From a candidate division WOR-3 bacterium (GTDB lineage: Bacteria; Hydrothermota; Hydrothermia; UBA1063; CAJXJZ01): a stretch of DNA of 64,000 bases. The stretch lies in contig JALSNX010000028.1 of NCBI GenBank assembly GCA_026986775.1, positions 7,609-71,608 of the forward strand, given 5' to 3'. A model generated the notes under the pieces. It had not been told where the DNA came from. It saw nothing but the letters and a program-made list of their open reading frames with translations, and made no database searches. Positions 10,860 to 19,070 of this stretch are shown in pieces (positions within the stretch are counted from its first letter, which is position 1; the number at the start of each line of letters is the position of its first letter). Position numbers and translations under genes: made by a program.

Positions 10860-11580
10860 TGTTCAGTGCCTCCACAAAAATATCTTCAAGGCGTTTATTT
10901 AAAAGCATGTTCCTTTCTATTTCCTTTATGATTTTACCGCGATTTAAAATGAGAATCCTGTCACACATATCCTCTATGTCTTCAAGAATGTGAGATGTAA
11001 AGAATACTGTTTTGCCTTTATTTTTATGTTCAATTATGAGTTCTTTTGCCATCTTTCTCCCCAGGGGGTCAAGCCCGGAAAGCGGCTCATCTAAAATCAC
11101 AAATTCTGGACTACCAAGGAACGCCTGTGCAAGTCCGAGCCTCTGGACCATACCTTTTGAGTATTTCCTTATGGATTTTTTTTCACTGCCCTGTAAACCC
11201 ACTCTAAAAATTAAAGATTCTATGGTGTCTTTAATTTTTTTACTGTTTACCCCTCTCAATCCTCCTACAAAACTCAAAAACTCAACTGCATTAAGATTTT
11301 CAAAAAACACAGGGTTTTCAGGAAGATATGCTATTCTTCTTTTGATTTTAACATCATGTGTATAAGATCCGAACACCCTAACATTACCCTTATCCGGAAA
11401 TAAAAGTCCGAGCATAATTTTTATAGTTGTACTCTTACCCTGCCCATTAAGCCCAACAAGACCCAGTATTTCTCCCTTCTTTACCCTGAAGGATATGCCA
11501 CTGAGTACCTTCTGCATGGGACCACCAATATCTTTTATCCTGAAGGATTTTTCCACCTCTTTAAACTCAACGATTTTCAT
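10831..11580 (-). CDS. ABC transporter ATP-binding protein
   Basis: 249 aa; Walker A GLNGQGKST, signature-like YSKGMVQRL, Walker B FVILDEP, H-loop FFTSH. Confidence 0.93.
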   Translation of the reverse strand: MKIVEFKEVEKSFRIKDIGGPMQKVLSGISFRVKKGEILGLVGLNGQGKSTTIKIMLGLLFPDKGNVRVFGSYTHDVKIKRRIAYLPENPVFFENLNAVEFLSFVGGLRGVNSKKIKDTIESLIFRVGLQGSEKKSIRKYSKGMVQRLGLAQAFLGSPEFVILDEPLSGLDPLGRKMAKELIIEHKNKGKTVFFTSHILEDIEDMCDRILILNRGKIIKEIERNMLLNKRLEDIFVEALNNGADAVSHA

Positions 11581-11615
11581 CGCATTCTAAATTATAAGTT
11601 GAAAAATGTGGATAT

Positions 11616-11644
11616 AAAAAAAAGGGGGCCAGAGCCCCCTTTTT
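11616..11644 (-). terminator. Rho-independent terminator downstream of the pilin gene (symmetric, could act in both directions)
   Basis: aaaaaaaaGGGGGCcagaGCCCCCttttt: 6-bp all-GC stem, 4-nt loop, A-run on one side and T-run on the other; 17 nt after the pilin stop. Confidence 0.8.
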
Positions 11645-11661
11645 AGCTTCTACAATATTTC

Positions 11662-12168
11662 TTACTGGAGTACCCAGTTGTTACCACTCGGACCTGCTAC
11701 ACCATTAAAGTCATCCTGCTGTGCGACAGAGGCAGGACAGTCACCATCCTGAAGTAGGACATTGACATTTCCGTCAGCCTTATCAAAGTAAATACCCTGC
11801 ACGTCAGAATCTGCACCATAATAGGTATCACCATTTACGTGTTTTGTCACCATGGTGTAACTCACATAATTAGCATCTGTATGTATGGTGATAGAAACCT
11901 TTGTAGAGAGGTTAAATGTCTCTGTATGTGTACCATCACTGATTGTTACCTGGTTAGGTGCAGAAACCACACCGCCAGTGTTGCCATAGCTCTGCCAGTC
12001 AGCAAAGAATGCTTCCTCTGTGGTTCTTGCGTTTCTCAGGTCACTCTCTGCAGAGCCATTGTATGCTCTTATTCTGTATTTTGCGAACTGCGGTATGGCT
12101 ATTGCAGCCAGGATCGCAATGATTGCGATCACGATGAGGAGTTCTATCAGTGTGAACCCTTTCCTCAT
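11662..12168 (-). CDS. type IV pilin (prepilin-type N-terminal cleavage/methylation domain)
   Basis: 168 aa; MRKG/FTLIELLIVIAIIAILAAIAIPQF with Gly-1, Phe+1, Glu+5; SD AGGAGG 7 nt upstream of ATG; no other pilus genes in the window. Confidence 0.9.
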   Translation of the reverse strand: MRKGFTLIELLIVIAIIAILAAIAIPQFAKYRIRAYNGSAESDLRNARTTEEAFFADWQSYGNTGGVVSAPNQVTISDGTHTETFNLSTKVSITIHTDANYVSYTMVTKHVNGDTYYGADSDVQGIYFDKADGNVNVLLQDGDCPASVAQQDDFNGVAGPSGNNWVLQ

Positions 12169-12214
12169 GTTAATACCTCCTGTTTGTTTTTATTTTTCAC
12201 TTCACTAATTATAT

Positions 12215-12230
12215 AGCAATCTATATGCCA
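12215..12230 (-). promoter_or_regulatory. candidate sigma54 (-24/-12) promoter for the pilin gene; an overlapping sigma70-like reading also exists
   Basis: Minus strand TTGGCATATAGATTGCT has GG-N10-GC spacing as in consensus TGGCAC-N5-TTGCW. The same stretch can also be read as TTGATT-N17-TATAAT. Confidence 0.5.
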
Positions 12231-12282
12231 AATCAAACCCTTATTTTAAAAGCAATTTTAAGGATAATTTCGCATTTTCCAC

Positions 12283-12315
12283 TTGCAGGATGCAACTCGT
12301 ATTGCATTTTGCAAT
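12283..12315 (-). promoter_or_regulatory. two TTGCA-N3-TGCAA palindromes, candidate activator (enhancer-binding protein) sites upstream of the pilin promoter
   Basis: Plus strand TTGCAggaTGCAA (12283..12295) and ATTGCAtttTGCAAT (12301..12315); centres 19 bp apart, about 60 and 80 bp upstream of the -24 GG. Confidence 0.45.
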
Positions 12316-13670
12316 CATTTAATAAGCACCCCCCTATTATAACCTATATAAACCCTGTTATTAAACTCTGCAACGGCTGTAATCCCTTTTACTTCAGGTT
12401 GACCGGGATCAAATGTCTTCCAGTTGCGATGAGCAAAATCGTACATAACAACTCTGTTTGAAGATGCGAGATACACCGAATTATCAGAAGCAACACCGCT
12501 ATGGATGGATAAAAGGTTAAAGGGACTCTTTATAAGATTAATCTTTTTATCTGAAATTATAAATAGTCCCCTCCTTGCCGGCACGTAAATGGCACTATAA
12601 CCCTGAACAATGTAATTGGTTAAAATGGGTTCGTTTTCATAATCAACCTCATTTAAAACAGTATCTTTCAGGGTATAGAGTTTTCCATTCGCAATTAGAT
12701 AAATATCATTAAAAGAGGCAGTGGCATATTTTATAGGCATGATAGAAGTAAAATAGCGCTTTACAGAACCATCATCACTAACTGTAAGTATGCAATTTCG
12801 GGTTGCTATAAAGTTATAGGTTTCGGTATTGAAAGCACAGACAGCATCACCACAGCCTCCATCAAAAGATGTGAAGAAATACGGGTCACTGAGTGTATAA
12901 AAGCCGTTTTTGTTTAAAAGTAAAACGCTTTCACCGATATATAGAAAATCAACAGGACTGAACCCATACTGAAAACAGTCTGTGGAGAGAGAATTTACAT
13001 AATCATCAGAGATCTTCGTCACTCCGGCGGCATGAAGCACGTAAAGGGTATCAAACACTACACCTAACCGATACACAGGAGGCTCTATATTTATATAGAC
13101 TCTCTTTTTCAACTTCTTCATTCTTCTGTCAAATACATATACCCCATTTGCTTTGGTACCAACATAGTCCAGATCATATCCTCCAGCATAACCTGTTGGC
13201 TCAGAAAAAACGTGACAGGGATTTTCATATGTCCTTGTTTTAAGGTACAGGGGCAGAGAACGGGGCTTTGTTAAAAACATGGTATCTATATAAATAGCGG
13301 GCGCAGGCTGGTTAAACTTTGACAGGTATCGCCTGGTACCGTTCTTGTAAAGAAGCATTATTATACCTGCTGAAAACCCCATACCTACAACGCCTCCAAC
13401 CATACCCACCTTTTTTAACGATTCAAAAAAAGGAGAATATACGTAAAGCATTCCGTCTTTTGTAACAAACGCAATCTCACCTGAACGGGAATCATAAGAG
13501 GCAAGACGAACCCATTTTGTGGCATAGGATGAAACAATACCCTCGTTGTTATCATAAACAAAAATCCCGCCATCTGTTGCAGCACAAAATCCTCTGCCTG
13601 TAAACTGCATAGAATTTACATGGGAGAAATCTGCAAGATACAACGTGGCAAATAAGAACAGTTTAATCAT
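12315..13670 (-). CDS. hypothetical secreted protein, repetitive beta-rich (beta-propeller-like)
   Basis: 451 aa; hydrophobic N-terminus MIKLFLFATLYLA; recurring short motifs of the type G(G/I)xVYD / xLYVxS / NGxYxL; no enzyme motif recognised; start overlaps nnr stop by 8 nt. Confidence 0.35.
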   Translation of the reverse strand: MIKLFLFATLYLADFSHVNSMQFTGRGFCAATDGGIFVYDNNEGIVSSYATKWVRLASYDSRSGEIAFVTKDGMLYVYSPFFESLKKVGMVGGVVGMGFSAGIIMLLYKNGTRRYLSKFNQPAPAIYIDTMFLTKPRSLPLYLKTRTYENPCHVFSEPTGYAGGYDLDYVGTKANGVYVFDRRMKKLKKRVYINIEPPVYRLGVVFDTLYVLHAAGVTKISDDYVNSLSTDCFQYGFSPVDFLYIGESVLLLNKNGFYTLSDPYFFTSFDGGCGDAVCAFNTETYNFIATRNCILTVSDDGSVKRYFTSIMPIKYATASFNDIYLIANGKLYTLKDTVLNEVDYENEPILTNYIVQGYSAIYVPARRGLFIISDKKINLIKSPFNLLSIHSGVASDNSVYLASSNRVVMYDFAHRNWKTFDPGQPEVKGITAVAEFNNRVYIGYNRGVLIK

Positions 13671-15150
13671 TCAAAACTCCCATTGCTTTATGTATGTTTT
13701 CCACAAGGTCATGTGGAACATAGTAGGGACCATTCATCTCCTCATACAGAATATCTCCTAAAAGTGCATGAATAAAGACTCCTGCAAGGAGCGCATTGGA
13801 TAAGTCATCTGTCTGAACCAGAAGTCCCCCTATTATACCTGAAAGCACATCACCACTTCCACCCTTCCCAAGCCCCTCATTTCCAAGAACATTCACGTAA
13901 TTTCCATAAGATGTTGATAAAATTGTGGGATTTCCTTTTAAAACCACTTCAAATCCTGTTCGTTCTCTAAGTTTCAATGCAAACGCAAACCTTTCTCTGT
14001 CAATATCATGTGGAGGCGATTTAACAAGAAGTGCAGCCTCACCGGGATGAGGGGTAATGGCAACCTTATCCCTTTTTTCAATATGTTTTAATTCAGAAAG
14101 AGTCCATATGCCATCAGCATCAACAATCAGGGGCAAATCTTTTTTAGCTAAAAGCATCTTTAAAATGTTTACGGTATCATCCCTTCTGCCAACACCCGGA
14201 CCAAATACCACTCCATCAGGCTCAAATTCTCCAATAAGTCTTTCTATGTCACTATAATTCTCGTATGAAACTACCACAGGGTCTATAATTTTAGCGCTAA
14301 CCTGTGTATATACCTCTTTTCGCACAGCAAGATACACCAATCCCGCACCTATTTTCTGGGCTGCATCTGCCACAAGTTGCGGTGCACCTGTATATCCCGA
14401 TGAGCCTGCAATAACCAGAAGTTTCCCGTTTTTCCCTTTATGTTCATTACCCAGTTTAAAGGGAAGATAAAACTCCTCTTCATCAAGAAGCCTGAAAGGA
14501 GGTTCAAACGGTATATTGTATGGCACACCTATGTCTATTACGTAGATTTCGCCAGCGTAAAACCTTCCCGGATACAAAAGCAATCCTCTTTTCGGAAAAG
14601 CCATTGTTCCCGTAATATCTGCCAAAACAGCGGTTTTACCGACCATGCCTGTAAGTCCATTTACACCACTCGGAATATCCACTGAGACAACACATGCATC
14701 CTGCTGGTTTATTACATCTATCAAATCTGCAATCTCCCCCTTTACCTCACCCTTAAAGCCAGTTCCAAAAATCGCATCCACAATGATATCAGCCTCTTTC
14801 AGATATGCCATGTCAAAATCATGAAGTTTTACTACTTCTCCGCCCAGTTTTTTGAAGAGTAAATAATTTTTCCTTGCCTCACCTTTAAGTTTTGAAAATT
14901 TACCCGTAAACACCACAAGAACCTTATATCCCCTGTTTAAAAGGTATCTTGCAACAACAAACCCATCTCCTCCATTATTGCCGCCACCTGCGCATACTAT
15001 TACCTTATCACCTTCACACTCCGATTCAATTATCTCCACTATACCTCTACCTGCGGATTCCATCAGAGTAAACCCTGGAATGCCAAACTCTTTTATGGTC
15101 CATCTGTCAATCTCTCTCATTTCATCCGGGGTTAAAACAAAAGTTCCCAT
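13663..15150 (-). CDS. nnr: bifunctional NAD(P)H-hydrate repair enzyme (epimerase + ADP-dependent dehydratase)
   Basis: 495 aa; YjeF_N part with GGGNNGGDG; C-terminal carbohydrate-kinase-like part with GKGGSGDVLSG. Confidence 0.92.
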   Translation of the reverse strand: MGTFVLTPDEMREIDRWTIKEFGIPGFTLMESAGRGIVEIIESECEGDKVIVCAGGGNNGGDGFVVARYLLNRGYKVLVVFTGKFSKLKGEARKNYLLFKKLGGEVVKLHDFDMAYLKEADIIVDAIFGTGFKGEVKGEIADLIDVINQQDACVVSVDIPSGVNGLTGMVGKTAVLADITGTMAFPKRGLLLYPGRFYAGEIYVIDIGVPYNIPFEPPFRLLDEEEFYLPFKLGNEHKGKNGKLLVIAGSSGYTGAPQLVADAAQKIGAGLVYLAVRKEVYTQVSAKIIDPVVVSYENYSDIERLIGEFEPDGVVFGPGVGRRDDTVNILKMLLAKKDLPLIVDADGIWTLSELKHIEKRDKVAITPHPGEAALLVKSPPHDIDRERFAFALKLRERTGFEVVLKGNPTILSTSYGNYVNVLGNEGLGKGGSGDVLSGIIGGLLVQTDDLSNALLAGVFIHALLGDILYEEMNGPYYVPHDLVENIHKAMGVLND

Positions 15151-15599
15151 ATTCCCTCCTTCTTCAACCTCTTTATCATTAAATCTATATGTGAACCTCT
15201 CCAGTAAATTTTATTGCATACTGGACAGAACTTAAACTCATTGAAGTTCTTATAAGTGAAATAGGGCACTTTACCCCTTACATTTTCATGGGGAATGTCC
15301 AAAAGAGGTGCATTACATTTTGAACATCTCGTAAGTATGCGGGGTTCTCTGATATTAAAATGCTTTATTACATCCTTTAGTTGTTCAAACAGAAAATCAC
15401 TTTCAAGCACATATACATTTTTATAAGGAAGGCGATTGAACTCTGTATTTCTCGTAAGAATAACCCTGTTTTCCGCATCAGCTATTTTTAAAAGTGCATC
15501 AGGTTCATGAAAATGCGTTGATTCTGTGTCCTGCCCGAGAAATCTCAACCATTTTGCAAGTTTGAGGACAGTAGCATCGCATAAAAACTTAAAACTCAT
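15132..15599 (-). CDS. Mut7-C RNase domain (DUF82) protein with C-terminal zinc ribbon
   Basis: 155 aa; N-terminus FLCDATVLKLAKWLRFLGQD typical of the family; CSKCN...CPVCN zinc ribbon. Confidence 0.7.
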   Translation of the reverse strand: MSFKFLCDATVLKLAKWLRFLGQDTESTHFHEPDALLKIADAENRVILTRNTEFNRLPYKNVYVLESDFLFEQLKDVIKHFNIREPRILTRCSKCNAPLLDIPHENVRGKVPYFTYKNFNEFKFCPVCNKIYWRGSHIDLMIKRLKKEGIWELLF

Positions 15600-16368
15600 G
15601 CTGAAGTTTTATGAGTATCTCCCTGAATAAAAATGCTGCCTTTGTGGCTGAATTTGTGGAGTGGTCCATAAGAGGTGAAAATTCCACTATGTCCGCTGCC
15701 ATAATGTTTTTAAGTAGCAGTATCTCATCCAAAATTTCCATTATTCCCTTTCCTCCCGGTTCTGGATTCGTAACGCCGGGAAATTCGGATGGATTGATTA
15801 CATCAAGGTCTAAAGTGAGATAAACTGGAGTTTTTATGTTCAAAAGCTCATTTCTGTAGTCTTCCCATGCGTAAAAGATATTTTTACTTTTTTCTTCGCA
15901 CGGTGCCTTTGTTCTAACTCCAACTGTAATTACATTCTCTTTGCCAATGAGTTTTTCCACGTGATACATGAAGGTTGCATGGTTATAAACCTCTTTTTCA
16001 AACTCAGGACGTCTGTCCATGTGTGCATCAAAATGCACCACCGTAAAATTAAGGTCAAGTTCTTCTTTCAAATATACGATTAGAGGGAAGGTAATAAAAT
16101 GGTCTCCCCCCAGTGCAACAAAAGGAGGAAATAGTTTTATGTCTTTTAACTTTTCTATAAGAAAATCCGCAAAATACTTTCCCTTTATATCAAGGGGCGG
16201 ATAAAAGTCTGAAAGGTCGTGGTATTCTTTAAGTTCTCTTTCCTGAATAACAGAGTAGTATTCTAAAGATGAAAGATGGTACCTTATAAAACCTGGTGCA
16301 AGTGCTGCACCTTTCTGGAAATTTTCACTGCCCTCATAGGGTATGCCAAATACACTAACCAATGGCAT
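15589..16368 (-). CDS. speB: agmatinase-family ureohydrolase (agmatine or N1-aminopropylagmatine ureohydrolase)
   Basis: 259 aa; Mn-binding ureohydrolase motifs GGDHFITFP, FDAHMD, LTLDLDVINP. Confidence 0.85.
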   Translation of the reverse strand: MPLVSVFGIPYEGSENFQKGAALAPGFIRYHLSSLEYYSVIQERELKEYHDLSDFYPPLDIKGKYFADFLIEKLKDIKLFPPFVALGGDHFITFPLIVYLKEELDLNFTVVHFDAHMDRRPEFEKEVYNHATFMYHVEKLIGKENVITVGVRTKAPCEEKSKNIFYAWEDYRNELLNIKTPVYLTLDLDVINPSEFPGVTNPEPGGKGIMEILDEILLLKNIMAADIVEFSPLMDHSTNSATKAAFLFREILIKLQHEF

Positions 16369-17173
16369 TTTTTATAAACTCCGGAAGGGCAAAGAGATGT
16401 TCCTGTATGCTTTTATTGTAGTATTTCAGTCCTTCAGGTATATAATCTCTTTTCACAACAAGTTCCGTATCCGTGGCAATGGTAAAACTCCAGAATCCCC
16501 CTGGATACGTGGGAACTGGAGCAAGATAAAGTTTTACCTCTTTAAAGAGTCTCTTAAGGTTCTTAATCTGCTCTTTTATAACACCAAGATGATACCATGG
16601 AGATTCAGATTGAAAAACTACAATGCCATCATCTTTTAAATTCTTTTTAATGCTTTTATAAAAATCAAGCGAGTAAAGGGCAACAGCCGGACCTACAGGA
16701 TCAGAAGAGTCAACAAAGAGAAGGTCAAACCTTTCATTTCTTTCATTTAAATATTTTACACCGTCCTCATAGTAAATACTGACTCTCTCATCTTTCAGAC
16801 GGGATGATGTAAACTCAAGGTATCTCTCGCTAACTTCAACCACCATCTTATCTATTTCTATGAGCAAAACAGATTCCACATCTGGATATTTAAGTATCTC
16901 TCTTACAGTGCCTCCATCCCCGCCCCCTATAACCCCAGCCTTTTTAACCTGTTCCTTAAAAGAAAAGGCAGGATGAACAAGCATTTCATGATAAACAAAT
17001 TCATCACGCTCTGTAAGCATCACAAGACCATCAAGAACCAGCATCCTGCCAAAAGTTTCTGTCTCAAAAACCTTTATTTCCTGATATGGAGACTTCGCAG
17101 AAAAGAGTTCCCTTTTTATTTTGAATATTATACCCGTTCCTTTATCGTGGAATTCTGTGAAGAACTGGTTCAT
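16355..17173 (-). CDS. speE: spermidine synthase-type aminopropyltransferase (canonical GGGDG type)
   Basis: 272 aa; VIGGGDGGTVREILK, LIEIDKMVV, VDSSDPVGPA. Confidence 0.9.
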   Translation of the reverse strand: MNQFFTEFHDKGTGIIFKIKRELFSAKSPYQEIKVFETETFGRMLVLDGLVMLTERDEFVYHEMLVHPAFSFKEQVKKAGVIGGGDGGTVREILKYPDVESVLLIEIDKMVVEVSERYLEFTSSRLKDERVSIYYEDGVKYLNERNERFDLLFVDSSDPVGPAVALYSLDFYKSIKKNLKDDGIVVFQSESPWYHLGVIKEQIKNLKRLFKEVKLYLAPVPTYPGGFWSFTIATDTELVVKRDYIPEGLKYYNKSIQEHLFALPEFIKNAIG

Positions 17174-17661
17174 TAAAAAAGCGCCACTCCTGCAAACACT
17201 GACACTATACCTTCTACTTTCCTTGATATGGTTTTCACCTTTATCTCTTTAACCTTTATACCCCTCATTTCCATGGCATCTTCAGCCATTTGAATAAGAA
17301 GTTTTTCCGCATCCTTTTCTGAGAGATACCCCGAATACTCCATTATCACACCATGCTCCATGGAATTTTCTGGAATGGCTACAGAAATGCCAGCGGTAAT
17401 GAGAGTGCCTTCCTCGGAGCTTTCAATACTTCCATAGGCAATTGGTAGCAGGCTACCTGCAGGAAGGGCTATGGAATTTTGCTCCCTTGCGCCTGGTGGT
17501 AAAATGCTGGATACTCTTATGAGATTGTATCTTGAAATACCAGCATCGTGTAATGCTGCATCAAAGGCATTAAGGTGGGTTCTGCCTCTGCCACTGCCTG
17601 ACACTATTATGAAATTTTCAGGCTTTCCAAACATAGGGCTTTTTGTCTGTAATGATAGCAC
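17173..17661 (-). CDS. pdaD: pyruvoyl-dependent arginine decarboxylase
   Basis: 162 aa; LNAFDAALHDAGISRYNLIRVSSILPP with the self-cleavage Ser-Ser site; alternative start ATG 17634 is possible. Confidence 0.9.
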   Translation of the reverse strand: MLSLQTKSPMFGKPENFIIVSGSGRGRTHLNAFDAALHDAGISRYNLIRVSSILPPGAREQNSIALPAGSLLPIAYGSIESSEEGTLITAGISVAIPENSMEHGVIMEYSGYLSEKDAEKLLIQMAEDAMEMRGIKVKEIKVKTISRKVEGIVSVFAGVALF

Positions 17662-18532
17662 CTTCTCTCATACTCTTTTTCATATATGGAGGAAGAACAG
17701 TCTTTGCAAAAAAGTATTCCGGGGTAAAGTAGTGTATCCTGTCCTTCAAAGCAGCAAATCGCTTTATCATGTCGTTTTTTCTCTCATTGAGCGCGTATTT
17801 CTTTGAAGCGATAAGAAATGCCCAGTTGAGCTGGAATGAAAATATATATTCATGATAACCGAATACAACAGGGAAAACCTCTTTCAATGTGGCACTAAGG
17901 GCTGATATAAACTCTGTGTACAGGTATTCTGCACTGCCTGCCTGCGCCACAAATACAGCATCAGGCGACATTCTGTCCTTCAGTATCTCATAAAAGTCCT
18001 TTGTGAAGAGGTATATGGCAGGTCCCTCCTCTACGGGCTCTGTAAGGTCGGATATAACCACATCAAAAGGCTCTCCACTGTATTCTTCCACAAATTTCCT
18101 TGCATCCTGAAATAAAACAATGCTTCTTTTGTCATCAAAACTACCATCATGCCACGAAGGCAGATACTCTTTGCACATTTTTACAAGTTCTTCATCAATG
18201 TCAACCATGTAAACTTTTTCAACTGGATGTTTTAAAACCTCCCTCAGGGTTGCGCCCTCTCCCCCGCCCATTATAAGGACATTTCGCGGTGCCGGATGAA
18301 GAAGCATTGCAGGATGAACAAGCATATCATGGTAAATATGCTCATCTATTTCTGCTGACTGCAATTTCCCATCAAGAAAAAGGGTTCTACCAAATGCAAA
18401 GAGATCAAGTATTTCAGCATACTGATACATTGTCTTTTTACCTGCCACATACCTCTTCACACGATACTGAAATCTTAAACCTTCAGTGTACGGCTCTTCA
18501 AACCACAAATTACTGTCCGGGTCCTTATCCAT
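17618..18532 (-). CDS. second aminopropyltransferase, GGGEG / DLTEP type (thermospermine-synthase / agmatine-triamine aminopropyltransferase-like)
   Basis: 304 aa; IMGGGEGATLREVLKH, MVDIDEELV, ISDLTEPVEEGPA. These motifs differ from the GGGDG/DSSDP paralog at 16355..17173. Confidence 0.8.
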   Translation of the reverse strand: MDKDPDSNLWFEEPYTEGLRFQYRVKRYVAGKKTMYQYAEILDLFAFGRTLFLDGKLQSAEIDEHIYHDMLVHPAMLLHPAPRNVLIMGGGEGATLREVLKHPVEKVYMVDIDEELVKMCKEYLPSWHDGSFDDKRSIVLFQDARKFVEEYSGEPFDVVISDLTEPVEEGPAIYLFTKDFYEILKDRMSPDAVFVAQAGSAEYLYTEFISALSATLKEVFPVVFGYHEYIFSFQLNWAFLIASKKYALNERKNDMIKRFAALKDRIHYFTPEYFFAKTVLPPYMKKSMREGAIITDKKPYVWKA

Positions 18533-18544
18533 ACACTTCCTACC

Positions 18545-18949
18545 TTACACGTATGCTTCTTCCTTAACTGAATCAGCATATTTGTACATGTCCTGCTCGC
18601 GGAAAACTCCACGCTTCATTTCCATTACAGTCATATGTCCCGGTCTGAAGTACTTTTCAAAGAGTTTTAAAGCCACATCTATATCAACATCATCAGAGCA
18701 GTAGAAATAATCTACAGCAGCATAACCATGTTCAGGCCATGTGTGTATTGAAAGATGGGATTCTTCTATTATAACCACACCTGAGACTCCATGTGGCTGG
18801 AACTGATGGAAGAATGAACCGAGGGCGTGGGCATTGGATTTTTTTGCTATATCAAGGAATGCTCTCTCAACCTGATCCTTATTTTTGAGGGTTTCAGGAT
18901 CACAATCATACATTTCTATTATTACATGCACCCCAAGGGCTTTTTTCAA
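18545..18949 (-). CDS. speH: S-adenosylmethionine decarboxylase proenzyme (small bacterial/archaeal class)
   Basis: 134 aa; self-processing site IIEE/SHLSIHTWPE; TTG start preceded by GGAGGTGGATAA. Confidence 0.9.
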   Translation of the reverse strand: MKKALGVHVIIEMYDCDPETLKNKDQVERAFLDIAKKSNAHALGSFFHQFQPHGVSGVVIIEESHLSIHTWPEHGYAAVDYFYCSDDVDIDVALKLFEKYFRPGHMTVMEMKRGVFREQDMYKYADSVKEEAYV

Positions 18950-19039
18950 TTATCCACCTCCTTTTTTTGTTTTACACATTCACCAGTTATCCAGATAAAG
19001 CCTGCCCAGGTACAAACAGCATCGGGCATACTCACACAT
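18950..19039 (-). promoter_or_regulatory. speH leader with two tandem mini-ORFs (19 and 9 codons) that abut each other and the speH start
   Basis: Minus strand aaaGGGAGGTGatataATG TGT GAG TAT GCC CGA TGC TGT TTG TAC CTG GGC AGG CTT TAT CTG GAT AAC TGG TGA ATG TGT AAA ACA AAA AAA GGA GGT GGA TAA TTG(speH). uORF1 is 19039..18980, uORF2 is 18979..18950. Confidence 0.35.
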
Positions 19040-19070
19040 TATATCACCTCCCTTTCTTTGTGAGTATTTT

